Below are positions 28,048-42,428 of a stretch of 64,000 nt of DNA, one piece after another. Position 1 is the stretch's first letter; every line of letters begins with the position of its first letter. The notes under the pieces are model-generated. The model searched no databases. It was not told the origin of the DNA and saw nothing but the letters and a program-made list of their open reading frames with translations. A program made the position numbers and the translations under genes. The stretch is from contig OZ024748.1 of assembly GCA_964016885.1 (NCBI GenBank), forward strand, positions 8,494,001 to 8,558,000. The letters are read 5' to 3'. The DNA is from Eledone cirrhosa (Eukaryota).

Positions 28048-28241
28048 CAGACCTGCCAACCTCTAAAGCCCAAAAGCGGAATACCATGAAAGGAAATGTC
28101 CCAAAACGGGGAGAAATGAGGCAAAATGGGGAGATTTTACATAATGAAAGCTATACCTATTTTCATAAGAGAAGACATCTCTCACCCACCCTAAAGTGGG
28201 TGGGAGATCTCGCCAACGGACGAGGAGAGTTGACATGTCTG
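28048..28241 (-). mobile_element. MITE, second copy of the 9362-9555 family
   Basis: CAGACCTGCCAAC ... GTTGACATGTCTG. The interior is a diverged reverse complement of the first copy. Flanks are TAATGT and TAACAT. Confidence 0.88.
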
Positions 28242-29462
28242 TAACATGTCTTATCGAAGAATACAAGGCGCCGCTGGTAAGCGAACTCACGCCCTTATAA
28301 TCCTGTGTCGAACGCTGTCAGATTCTTGCAAATGATGATTGTTAATTAATTCTGTTTTCATATAAGTGCAGTTAGAGATCAAATAGTATTTTATGAAGAA
28401 GAATTTGCATGTTGGAGTTGTCAAACGTTCCATTCTTATAACCTACGAGGAGCAATAGAAAAGTTTACATAACTAGTTTATATTCTTACATTAACTTCTA
28501 TCGACGCTAAAAGTTAGGCAACTCTAGGTAATTATATATCAGATGATTACTGGAGCATTAAAATAAACTTGCCCTGGCTTGAGCCTCAGAGAGGAAGATT
28601 CTTGGTGTAAATTTCCATGTCATTCCTGACCGAAAAAAGTTTTTTATCACTGGATAGAACCATCAATGGTTTCATTGAACTCCACATAGTAAAGACGGTT
28701 GGTCTTATCTAGACAAATATATATATATAATGACAGGGGATAGAATATTATTTATTTAATCTTGGTGAAGTGGGTGATAATGGAGAGATCTGGCAAATCT
28801 CTTCTTTACCGCGTAGACATATAAAGAGATCCCAGAGAGAGGTGAGGGGTGAGAGAGTAACAGATAGATGGAGAGAGAGAAAGATAGAGAGACAAAGAGA
28901 GATAGATAGATAGTTAGAGAGAAACAAAGAGAGACAAAGAGAGAAAGAGAGATAGATAGTTAGAGAGAAAGATTTATACATAGAGAGAGAGAAAGAGAGA
29001 GGGGTGAGAGACGAGAGATATTAAGGATCTTTTCACCAATCTCTGGGAACCACTAATTTATTGATGTGGTTATAGAGAAATTAAAATATTGAAACGTTGA
29101 AATATGAATACACTAGTAGCTTTCTACTTCACTTTAAATTATCTGTCATTCTCATATACACGTTGACGGGAAAATATGATGAATTATAGAAGGCGAAGGA
29201 GGAGGAGGAAGAGAAGAGGAGCAACAACAATAACTATAGAAAAAGAATGATAGATGCATTTTTCTCAAGGTGGAATGATTGCATAAACAATAGATGTTAT
29301 TGGTTAAACAAAGGAATAGAGAAGAAATATATTGAAATCTACTGATATGTCTGCTAATGGTGTTGTTGTTGGTGTTGCTGTTTTTTTTTGTTGTTGTCAG
29401 GACGAAGGTACACAACTTTACAAGAAAGATTATTCAATGCATTACATACATACACCCCCGCC

Positions 29463-29513
<51 letters not shown>

Positions 29514-29963
29514 CATATACGTAGACATATATATATACATACACACCTATACACACACACACACATATATATATATATAAGGTTTATGCAAATGATATAT
29601 TTTTGTAGATATAGAAAGAGAAAATGGTAAGCAATTGTTAAAGAGCGTTTGCTGAAAATACCCCCACCCCCACACTCCCTATATAATATATATATATATA
29701 TATATACAAAATTTAGTACAGCATCAACGAAGCCATGGTTGCAGCCAAGATAACGAATGCAGTTTCGGTGTGCAGCTAAGCACTCGATAGGGTATATAAC
29801 CCTAGAGTTATAACATTACGTTTAGACAGCTTTGCAAAATGAAGACAGCGACCGATAGAAGGGCCGCAGTGACCATAGCGACGAAAAAGACTGAACACAC
29901 ACAAAAACAAGATGGCGTAGGACTGAACAAAGGAGAGGCACAAAACCAAGAAAAGAATCCCTA

Positions 29964-30006
29964 GTCACTGAAGAGGTCACAGAATGTGTGACGAAAGAAC
30001 TTTGAC
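29964..30006 (+). ncRNA. Type-I hammerhead motif (subfamily 2)
   Basis: GTCA-CTGAAGA-G-GTCACA-GAATG-TGTGAC-GAAAG-AA-CTT-TGAC: 4-bp stem I, 6-bp stem II, minimal stem III, CUU triplet. Confidence 0.75.
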
Positions 30007-30146
30007 AATATATGAACAACCGTCCGGTTGTGGAACCAACCAACCAACCAAACTGAAATTTACCAATTTCTTAAATTTATAATAAATTAGAGTGAATGCA
30101 ACTGGTGCGTGTGTTTCTTATTGGCAACATGACCCTCCCAAAGTAT

Positions 30147-30212
<66 letters not shown>

Positions 30213-31313
30213 CCTTATGTTTTACCTTTTGCAAAGTCTACTACAACGCAAACTAACTATAAAGTAAATAAATAAAATTGTAGATATAACCTCTTGATGT
30301 GGAAAACATAGCACAGAATACCCTGTGGGTGTTGAACTATGTCGAAGGGGTCATCTTACCATTATACTGAGGGGAATCATGGTACTCATTTTAGTTAATT
30401 TTGATTTCAATCGTAAATCACACTCTTTAAGCGTTCCATTGTTTACTTTCTGTTTCCTAATCGTTGAGGGTCGAAAGTGTGAAAGATTTTACATGAAACA
30501 TGAACATGAACTACAAAACTATGTTTCTGGTGAATCACTTAAGACATTTTTTCTTCTTCTTGGGGGAAGAGTCCTCAAATATTCTTTACAGTGGGTCTTG
30601 TCAGAAGCAACCGTCTCCAACTGATTCGGTTGGATCCCTCACCAAGCGAGATCAGCCAAGCTCATGGATGATATCCAACCATCTTGTTCTGACATTTAAC
30701 CCCCACCTTAATTTGATTTATATACTTTCTTAATTCCCTTTCTCTTCCTTTCTTTTTCCACACTTACATAATACAGTACACAGTCTATACTACTCTACTC
30801 CATACTTTAATCAAGAGATTTAACACTACCTATTCTATTAACCCAAGAATTGTTTAAGACTTCATAGATTTGAAAATAACGTAGAATATGTGGCTTCATT
30901 ATCAGCTCTGCCAACCCCAACCATTTCTGTGTACCTATAACGAGTACACAGAAAAGGTTGGTGTTAGTGTAGAGTTGGTATGTTCGTAAGACTGTAACTT
31001 CGATTTCAAAGTTTCTTCCAAATAAAAACAAACAAATGGTAAAAGTGATGTTGTTGAGGTTGAAACTCTCAACAAATTTCATGATATAACACAGCATTCG
31101 AGGGTTCACATTTGCTTCACGTTTGCTTCATACCAACATCGATCTATTAGAATCGTATAATTTCTAGTGTCCGTTGCATAAATCGAAGACTTTGACTTAT
31201 AAGTAATCTATTCTATTTTCGTGAACGAAAATTGAGTCTCTAGGCACATACAATCACACGATTAAGTGTAAATATGTTAGTATACGATTTAAACCATACC
31301 TTAATATATATAC

Positions 31314-31365
<52 letters not shown>

Positions 31366-31385
31366 GTTGATGGTTGGTCGATTTA

Positions 31386-31439
<54 letters not shown>

Positions 31440-31910
31440 AAGTATACACCAATATGATTACAGCACCATAGAGCCATAGAATCGATAAAAACACGCAAGG
31501 GAGGATGCGAGTAAAAAGGAGGTGGAATTGGCCATTTTCCACCTTATTTAGAGAAGGGAAGTAATATGATCAATAATAAGTAGTATCTGGCCAGCTGAAT
31601 AGATATAAGAATAGATGGCTGCCAAATAATAAGTTACCGGTTCTAGATAGATCTATGTAGCATAATGAGGACAGTGTAATATTACTTGGCAACATCTTAG
31701 AGCGTTGTTATCAAAGGGAAGTCTCCATGCCTTCGAGGAAGAGCAATTACCAGGCTAATTGTATTGGCCTGTTTGATCCAAATTGAAGTAAGTTTGGCGC
31801 TGATGACACCTAAACACTTATTGCAATACTTACTTTGTTTACCTATAAATTTCGCCATTTGCACGACAAAGATAATGGCGATAATTGCAGTATGGAGCAG
31901 GACACACTCT

Positions 31911-32590
<680 letters not shown>

Positions 32591-32978
32591 CACATATAGA
32601 CTAGCAACATCACATACACACATACCAGCAACATTAAACATTATACATGTATACATAATAGCAGTGTACAGCAGAGCACACTCTTACACATAGATATATA
32701 TTTATATATACTTGCACACAGAAACACACCAACAACATCATATATACACACCAACATATGCAGATATACATAATAGCAGTGTACAACAGGACACATTCTT
32801 ACACACATACATATATACATGCACACGTACACAGATTAACAATATCACACACACACACACACCAGCAACATCATATATACACATTAACAACATCATACAT
32901 ACACACCAGAAACATCACATATACACGCACCAGCAACATCACACACACAGATCAGCCACATCATACACACACACACAC

Positions 32979-33029
<51 letters not shown>

Positions 33030-33271
33030 TCAGCCACATCATACACACACCAACAACATCACACACTCACACACACACCACACACATACAAACAGACACT
33101 CACACACACACCACACACATACAAACAGACACACACCAGCAACGTGACATAACCACAGTCAATGACAACTTAAGAGAACATCTAGAAGAGTAAAGTCAAT
33201 ATTTTTCTGGTGACAGAAATATTTTAACAGAATCTAAATAACTTCTCATGACAGGAATTATGTTATAGAAA

Positions 33272-33567
33272 GAGTTTGACATAGCGTGAGGGGTGGGGTG
33301 TCATAGTTGATGTTTGACATAGTGGGTGGGGGGGGGGGGGTCATAGTTGATGTCTTAACGGGGGGGGGGGTGATGTCATAGTTGATGTTGTAGCTGGGGG
33401 GGGGGGATGTCATAGCGGGGGAATTATAATGACCCCTAAACTGGGGTCTATTGTTGATGTTTGATATAGCGAGGGGTGATTACATTGACCCCTAAAATAG
33501 GGTCTATTGTTGATGTTTGAGATAGCCGAGGGGGAGGGGGGTTATAATGACCCCTAACATAGGGTCT
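33272..33567. repeat. Degenerate G-run minisatellite
   Basis: Repeated GTCATAGTTGATG with G-runs, then three ~55-60-bp units TTA.A.TGACCCCTAA....GGGTCT. Confidence 0.7.
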
Positions 33568-33627
33568 GGTCTACTGGAGATAACGGAATAGAGGGTCATA
33601 AATATACAAACAAATTAATATAGTAAT

Positions 33628-33740
33628 AAGGGTTTCTGATTTAGGCACAAGGCCAGCAATTTTAGTGGGGATAGGGGCTAGTCGATTAAACGACCCCAGT
33701 GTATTACTGGTACTTTAATTTATTGATCCTGTAAGGATGA
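33628..33740 (-). mobile_element. 5'-truncated SINE family A (long variant)
   Basis: GGTTTCTGATTTAGGCACAAGGCCAGCAATTTT...AGTCGATTAAACGACCCCAGTGTATTACTGGTACTT...GTAAGGATGAAA. Confidence 0.85.
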
Positions 33741-34726
33741 AAAAAAAATAATAATAGTAATAATAGTAATTTCTTTTTCTGTAATTTTTTAATTTTTTAA
33801 AACATTTTTTTTTTATTTCTATTTATTATTTATTTATTTTTAAAAATGATAATAGTAATAATAATGAGAAGATAGAAGATATGAGAAGAATGAGAATAAT
33901 ATTAACCTGGATGATAAAGACATTGATGATGTTTTAAAATGATGTGACGACAACGATGAAGATGATAGCTTCTAAGTAATTATCTGGTTGTTATCTGGTG
34001 AGAGATAGAAACAGAAATAGTATGTATCCCTTATAATGATAGGAAAAGAGATAGTATGCCCCCCTTATAATGATAGTCAACAATGAGGGAAATCACTTCA
34101 CACACATAAAATAAAAACTAAAAAAAAAAAAATACTGCAATAAAAAAAATACAGCAAAAAAAAATACAGCAAAAAAATACAGCAAAAAAATACAGCAAAA
34201 ACAAAACAAAACAATACAGCAATAAAAAAAACAACACAAAAGACAAAAATAAAACACACGAAAACAAAAGAAAAACATTGTCTTGGCTAATTATTTTGAC
34301 TGCGAATGCCATAAGATTGAACATAGTAAGGAGTGATTTGTATTTCTGACAAATAATAATAGTTTGAAGAATTTGTTGCAATTAGCAGCAGAAAATTATT
34401 CTTGTTTACCAACAAAGAATGTGGAATATTTCTTCAAGTAATTTGCTTATATAATTAAAAATTACCTCCCTTTCGTCCTTTAGATTTGGTCAAGTCTTCT
34501 GCTGTGAGGCGGGGGGAGGGGGGTTGTATGCTGGTTCTCTTGCTAATAAAATATCATTAAATGATTCGCATAATTAGACCTGACCGCTTGATAAATTTGT
34601 CAACAAAAGAGTGAATTAAAGAGAGAGAGAGAGATTGAGAGAGAAAGGAAGAGAGAGAGAAAGAGAGAGAGAGAATGGGAGTATGGGGAGCTTTTATTAT
34701 CTTTATATCTTTATATCTTTATATAT

Positions 34727-34916
34727 GGGAGGTGGATTGGCAGTATCGGTAGAGGGTCGGACACCATGCTTTGCAGCATAGAGTTACGGCCCTTTATGAT
34801 CTGAGTTCAAATCCCGCCGAGGTTAACTTTGCCTTTCATCCTTACGGGGGTCAATAGAATAAAGTACCAGTAATATACTGGGTAATTGCTGACCTTGTGC
34901 CAAAAGTAGAAACAAT
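34727..34916 (+). mobile_element. Full-length SINE family A (short variant)
   Basis: GGGAGGTGGATTGGCAGTATCGGTAGAG (A-box), CTGAGTTCAAATCCC (B-box), CTTTGCCTTTCATCCTTACGGGG body, tail GTAGAAACAATT. Possible TSD TTATCTTTA(T/C)AT. Confidence 0.92.
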
Positions 34917-35029
34917 TATCTTTACATCTGGTACCTATTTTAATCCCAACTGAAACTACATCCAGCTAGATATTTCCTGTGGTATAGAGAAAACGAACTG
35001 CTCAGTCTGACATGATTTACTGTGATCAA

Positions 35030-35350
35030 ATGATTAAGACGTTCGTTTCACAATCGTTAGGCTTTGGGTTCTGTCCCAAGGGCAAGTGTTATTTATCATA
35101 TCCTCAGGTCGACCAATGTCTTGTGAACGAAACTGGATATATGGAAACTATTTGGAAGGCCCTCGGATGGACTAATGTACATGTAATTCAAAAGGCCGGT
35201 CTTGTCACATATTATATCACGCTGAATCTCCCTGAGAATTAAGTTAAGTTTACACGTGTCTGTTCAATGTTCAGTCACTTAGACGTTAATTGGATGAGGA
35301 GGCTGTTCCGTTGATCCAACAAATGCAGAACTTATTGTCGAAAGTAACGG
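35030..35350 (+). mobile_element. Degenerate SINE of another family plus attached repeat
   Basis: GGGTTC.GTCCCA..GGCAAGTGT...CCTCAGGTCGACCAA.G.CTTGTGA..GGAAACT...GAAG.CCC. The downstream part matches 27830-27985 in reverse. Confidence 0.55.
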
Positions 35351-35578
35351 AGGTTCATACTCTTTCTGTCTGTGTAGGATAGGAAAAACAAATTAAGACG
35401 GAAACCCTTTATATAAATAAATGATTTAATCTTTAATGTATTTTCTCACGTTAAATCCATATTTATCTTAATTGTATTAACCAAATCATATTTAGATTTA
35501 CATCTAATAAAATAAATATTTTCTTGAAACCAGTTTGGCTTCCTTATCTTGGACGCTTTCTTAAAATATATAAATAAT

Positions 35579-35603
35579 TGTTTCTACTTTTGGCACAAGG
35601 CCA
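35579..35603 (-). mobile_element. Ultra-truncated 25-nt SINE family A insertion with 16-bp TSD
   Basis: TGTTTCTACTTTTGGCACAAGGCCA between AAAATATATAAATAAT copies at 35563-35578 and 35604-35619. Confidence 0.85.
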
Positions 35604-35857
35604 AAAATATATAAATAATATATAAATAATAAACAGAACTATAACTAAACTGATATTTTGTTTCAACAAGATTAACAGTGTATTTTAATATCTCCCCATT
35701 TATTTACTAGTATTTCATTTTCAAAGACGTTATAAGGAGATCACTGCCAACCCATATATATATATGCAATTGTTTACACCCCCCACTCTCAAGCGTGAAA
35801 CTAATACTAATATCATTTGTACTGCCTCTCTGGTTTTTGTTCTCTGTTCATTTATTA

Positions 35858-35921
<64 letters not shown>

Positions 35922-35933
35922 TTACCATTACAA

Positions 35934-36020
35934 GGGGGCTGACGAGCCGCGGATTACAGAGTCAGGTTAGATCGATACAGATCGAACCTTGAGCTGATCA
36001 GTGGCGAAACGCGCGTCACC
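35934..36020 (+). ncRNA. Type-I hammerhead motif with long stem II
   Basis: CTGACGA (35939-45), GCCGC...GTGGC closing a ~60-nt hairpin, GAA-ACGCGCGT-C (palindromic stem III, GUC triplet). Stem I is weak. AATAAA at 36025-36030. Confidence 0.72.
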
Positions 36021-36137
36021 AGCCAATAAACGTAATGAAGGAGTAACCAATCGTCCTTGTTATTTTATTTCACTATATACATATACATACACACACACAC
36101 ACACACACACACAACCACACACACCCACACACACACC

Positions 36138-36169
<32 letters not shown>

Positions 36170-36354
36170 CATATATATATTTGTATGAAAAAATCAGGGT
36201 CCCGACGGCTAACCTCCGGCCGTTTCACCAGCTAGATCCGAACTGTATATATTTGTATGTATGCAAGCCTGCTGGATCTGGTTCCTCATTGTTTCCAACG
36301 ACAAGTGTTCCAGTTATTTGATCAACGGAACTGTCTACTTATGATATATATCTT

Positions 36355-36777
36355 TTATTGTACGACATAATATATATATTGTACGACATAATATATATAT
36401 TGTACGACATAGTATATATATTGTACGACATAATATATATATGTTATTGTACGACATAATATATATATATGTTATTGTACGACATAATATATATATATGT
36501 TATTGTACGACATAATATATATATATATATGTTATTGTACGACATAATATATATATATATATGTTATTGTACGACATAATATATATATATATGTTATTGT
36601 ACGACATAATATATATATATATGTTATCGTACGACATAATATATATATTGTACGACATAATATATATATATATATGTTATTGTACGACATAATATATATA
36701 TATATATGTTATTGTACGACATAATATATATATATATATATATGTTATTGTACGACATAATATATATATATATATAT
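36355..36777. repeat. Minisatellite (TGTT)ATTGTACGACATAA(TA)n with variable-length TA spacer, about 15 units
   Basis: Constant core TTGTACGACATAA separated by TA runs of differing length. Confidence 0.93.
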
Positions 36778-36924
36778 GTGTGTTAGTTAAGTGTGTAAGA
36801 ACAGTTACAGGTGGCACCCCGTTCGAAACACTCGATGCTGTTACGAGGTCCGTTTTGTTTAAGTTGTATTCCAGAGTTACGGCAGTAGTGTGCGGTGTAG
36901 GTGTGCCTTTCCACATAGAAGCTC

Positions 36925-37013
36925 GCGTATCGGAAGAGATGTCGAAAAGGAGTCGGGTCCCGTCACATTGTTTATACCCTGAACTGATAGATATCGAAAC
37001 AATTGTAATATGC
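36925..37013 (+). ncRNA. Type-I hammerhead motif with long stem II (U4G core change)
   Basis: GCGTAT-CGGAAGA-GATGTC-[46 nt]-GATATC-GAA-ACAATTGT-A-ATATGC: 6-bp stems I and II, palindromic stem III, GUA triplet. AATAAA at 37015-37020, then (TA)n. Confidence 0.7.
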
Positions 37014-37056
37014 AAATAAAGTTTGTACATTTGCTGCAACACTGACCTCGACTCTT

Positions 37057-37145
<89 letters not shown>

Positions 37146-37623
37146 ATACTCTTATTATAAGACAATCACTTCTATTACTAGCTTTTCATGTGGAATCATC
37201 TCATAAAATATCAATAAATAAATTTGCAGATATTTTGTCAAAAACTTCTGAATAATTTCCCCGTCATTAGAAACAACCTTCTCTGTTTTTAATTCTTTTC
37301 AGTCAAATATGTTCTCCTTTGTTCTCCATACTCATGTATCCCTAAGTATTAACTGTTAAAACAAACATTACTTATTCCGGTCTTGAAATCAAAACCACTT
37401 CTCGTTCATTAAAGTCACCCACCTTAATTGATCTGATACATATTTTAAATGGTAATAATTTCTTAGTAATCACTTTCACTCGAAATTTTATTCGAAATTT
37501 TTAAAATTTGAAATTTTCTATTTCAACTTAAATCCTTAAAATTAAATTTGCAGTATATCTAATACCTTATGAAGCTTCGAAGTTTATTATATGTAAATCC
37601 AAAGAACACACATACATCCCTCA

Positions 37624-37713
<90 letters not shown>

Positions 37714-37989
37714 ATATATTGCTATTGTATTCGTGTAAAAAGATTGTTGATGTTATGTCGTACGTTGATGTGACGTACGAACCAGAATATTCATTGAGAA
37801 GTTTATGAATGCGTGAGGAAAGAACTTTGACAATTAACTAACTATACCATTATTATTAAACTAACCAAAGTATAGCAATACTTGTATGATAAATATGTTT
37901 CTCTAAATAAAAGGGTTCCTTTAAAACCCAAAATAACAACCTTGCACTGGATATGAATGCGTGAACATAGACTTCAACAATGTATATAC

Positions 37990-38077
<88 letters not shown>

Positions 38078-38209
38078 CTTTGTTCTGTAGCTTTCATAGA
38101 CACCTTATCTTGCATAATATGATCAAATGGCAAACTTTCATTCCGGTATTATAAATCACTATTTATTCATATTTAGTAGACCACTTTATCATCCAACTTG
38201 TTTGCTCTC

Positions 38210-39121
38210 GGCTTTTATACCCGGCTGCACACACAATAAGACTCAATAGCCTTATATTTATCACCCTCAGGCTTTTATATACCCGGCTGCACACACAATA
38301 AGACTCAATAGCCTTATATTTATCACCCTCAGGCTTTTATATACCCGGCTGCACACACAATAAGACTCAATAGCCTTATATTTATCACCCTCGGGCTTTT
38401 ATATACCCGGCTGCACACACAATAAGACTCAATAGCCTTATATTTATCACCCTCGGGCTTTTATATACCCGGCTGCACACACAATAAGACTCAATAGCCT
38501 TATATTTATCACCCTCAGGCTTTTATACCCGGCTGCACACACAATAAGACTCAATAGCCTTATATTTATCACCCTCAGGCTTTTATATACCCGGCTGCAC
38601 ACACAATAATACTCAATAGCCTTATATTTATCACCCTCAGGCTTTTATACCCGGCTGCACACACAATAAGACTCAATAGCCTTATATTTATCACCCTCGG
38701 GCTTTTATATACCCGGCTGCACACACAATAAGACTCAATAGCCTTATATTTATCACCCTCAGGCTTTTATACCCGGCTGCACACACAATAAGACTCAATA
38801 GCCTTATATTTATCACCCTCAGGCTTTTATATACCCGGCTGCACACACAATATGACTCAATAGGTTTACATTTATCACCCTCAGGCTTTTATATACCCGG
38901 CTGCACACACAATAAGACTCAATAGCCTTATATTTATCACCCTCAGACTTTTATATACCCGGCTGCACACACAATAAGACTCAATAGCCTTATATTTATC
39001 ACCCTCAGGCTTTTATATACCCGGCTGCACACACAATATGACTCAATAGGTTTACATTTATCACCCTCAGGCTTTTATATACCCGGCTGCACACACAATA
39101 AACTCAATAGCCTTATATTTA
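38210..39121. repeat. 60/62-bp tandem minisatellite, about 15 units
   Basis: Unit GGCTTTTAT(AT)ACCCGGCTGCACACACAATAAGACTCAATAGCCTTATATTTATCACCCTC(A/G). Confidence 0.97.
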
Positions 39122-39340
39122 CGCAATAGTCTGAATTACAAATTCATATGGTATACATCACGTATTTACTCGCTATATTTTACATTAAATCTCGCAACCA
39201 CTTTTGTATTCCATTCGATAATAGTCGGGAGACGGGGAATATAAGTAAAAAAATATATGTCATTTACATAATAGACCAAGGATATGTAATTACACGATAA
39301 AAAACACGCAATAATTCTTTATATCTATATATATATCTAT

Positions 39341-39426
<86 letters not shown>

Positions 39427-40259
39427 CCTTAACCCTCCGAAAGTATGAGAATATATATATATATGTATATATATATATTGTATGTGTATGTTCACACCAT
39501 ACACACACATATATATAGACACATACATGTGTGTATGTTTGTATGTGTGTGTATACATATATCTATATCTATATATATCTATATATCTCTATATATATAT
39601 ATACATATCTGTGTGTGTATGTAAGTATGTAGGTATGTAGGTATGTATCTATATATGTATGTATGTACGTATGTATGTATTAATATTATATGTACATATG
39701 TAGACATGTATGTATGTATGTTTGTAGGCATGTAGGTATTTAGGTATATATGTTCACATATATGTATAGCTGGATGAATGGTTATACATATGCATTCATC
39801 CATTTTTCCATTTTTCCACCATCTGTTCATATGTAGATGTATATAAACATCGTGAATATATATATTATTGAAACATTCTACATAATTATGTAAATTTAAT
39901 AAATACCTAATTCTATGATTTGTCTCGGCAGAATTTCTTTTTTTCCATTTCCAGAGATTCAATTAATAACCTTTTATTTAAGAGAAACGTTTTTTTTTTT
40001 TTAAATAAAAAAACCTGAAACGTTTTTATCAGCTCGTAATCTTTGGATTTTTCTATTTCAGTGCCTACTTTATTTTTTCTTCTTCCCTATAGAAATCCCC
40101 GTTTTATTGATGCACGTCTCTGTATTTACTCAACCTTATTATTTACCGGAAAAAAAGGCGAAAAAAATGGAGATGAAAAAAAAAAAAAAAGAAAGCATAG
40201 ACATCACTTATGCACCTTCTCTTTATCGATGTTTAGACTTATGTATAAATAAATAAGTA

Positions 40260-40297
40260 AATATGTATGTATATACATATACGTGTATATATATATA

Positions 40298-40388
<91 letters not shown>

Positions 40389-40511
40389 TATATATATATA
40401 CACACGCACAGACACAATCATATTTATATATATATATATGTATATTAAATATATATATATTTATATATATGTATATATATATATATATGTATATATATAA
40501 TATATATTATA

Positions 40512-40549
<38 letters not shown>

Positions 40550-40566
40550 CAGTCACACACACATGT

Positions 40567-40602
<36 letters not shown>

Positions 40603-40861
40603 CAAATATATGTATGTGTGCATGTATGTACGTGTGTATGCACTTAGATTTGTCTAGGATATAAATGTGTATATATAAATCCATATGCATGAAAATATGT
40701 ATATAATTGGCAGCCACCATAAAAAAGTGTGAATAGCCTATTGAGATAATATCATTTATTTATGTAAAATATAGAACTACAAAAGATGAGTATTTTATAT
40801 ACATAAAATACACGTTTTGTCTGCTATGTGAAGAAAATATGAGACATTAAAACATTTATTG

Positions 40862-40905
<44 letters not shown>

Positions 40906-40963
40906 ATATATATATTGATATATATATGTATATATACATATATATATTGATATATATATATTG

Positions 40964-40996
<33 letters not shown>

Positions 40997-41043
40997 GATA
41001 TATATATATATATATATTATTATATATATTATGTATATATATA

Positions 41044-41130
<87 letters not shown>

Positions 41131-41148
41131 TTGATATATATATTGATG

Positions 41149-41203
<55 letters not shown>

Positions 41204-41607
41204 TATATATATATATATATATATACATGTATATATAAATATATTTATGTGTATATATATGTGTGTGTGTATATATATATATTTAATGTATGTATATATT
41301 TATATATACACCACTACAGGATTGACGTATGTAGAATCAAACGTGTAGAGATGTAGACATATATACAGAGCAAGATATAGAGGATGACACAATGGAAATA
41401 TATATATCTGGCAAATGTGGAATGGTGGCTTTAAAAAACACCAGGTTTATTGCTCTTTGCCCTCCTGTTAATGTGTGCTTACACACACTAATACACTAAC
41501 ACACTAACAGAGACACGTACATACACACACACAAACACATAGACACACAAACACACACATACTCGTACACACACACACACACAGACACAAATATATCTGT
41601 TCGTCCG

Positions 41608-41639
<32 letters not shown>

Positions 41640-41724
41640 ATATAATATATATATATACATATATATTTATTATACATATATATAAATATATATATATACA
41701 TATATATATATATACATATATATA

Positions 41725-41757
<33 letters not shown>

Positions 41758-41926
41758 CATATATATAATATATATATATTTATATATACGTATATAATAT
41801 ATATATATATAAATGTGTGTGTGGTGTGTGCGTGTGGCTGAAGAGATCAGTGTGTATGAGTGAGTGTGTGTGTGTTTAAATTATATGTATACATGTAGTA
41901 CTTATAAACAATTATATGTAGGGAAT

Positions 41927-41975
<49 letters not shown>

Positions 41976-42118
41976 GTTGAACAGAAGTAGATGCTCTTGT
42001 ATGAATAAAATACGTTGAATATATCTTTTCTTGGCGTTGATTTAATTCCATAGAATATAGAATCAAAATTATTGACTCCTACAAAACACACAAACACACA
42101 CATTTTCATATCTATAAG

Positions 42119-42151
<33 letters not shown>

Positions 42152-42354
42152 GTATTATATATATAATATATATATATATTTAATATATATTAGATATTAT
42201 ATATATTTATATATATATATATATATATATATTATTATATATATTTATATATATTATATATATTTATATATATTAATATATATTTTATATATATTTATAT
42301 ATATATATATTATTTATATATATATATATATCTTATATATATATATATTATATA

Positions 42355-42385
<31 letters not shown>

Positions 42386-42396
42386 TATATATATTT

Positions 42397-42428
<32 letters not shown>

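Noticed and set aside
29740-29815. Minus-strand CGAAACTGCATTC-GTTAT near (TA)n as a hammerhead
   Set aside because: The 3' half looks right, but no CTGANGA core follows the matching ATAAC; at most a remnant.
31518-31555. Minus-strand CTAATAA-GGTGGAA/TTCCACC hairpin as a hammerhead
   Set aside because: Two core changes and no GAAA or stem III.
34727-34816. Functional tRNA gene
   Set aside because: A and B boxes are present, but spacing is extended, no cloverleaf is evident and it continues into a multi-copy SINE body.
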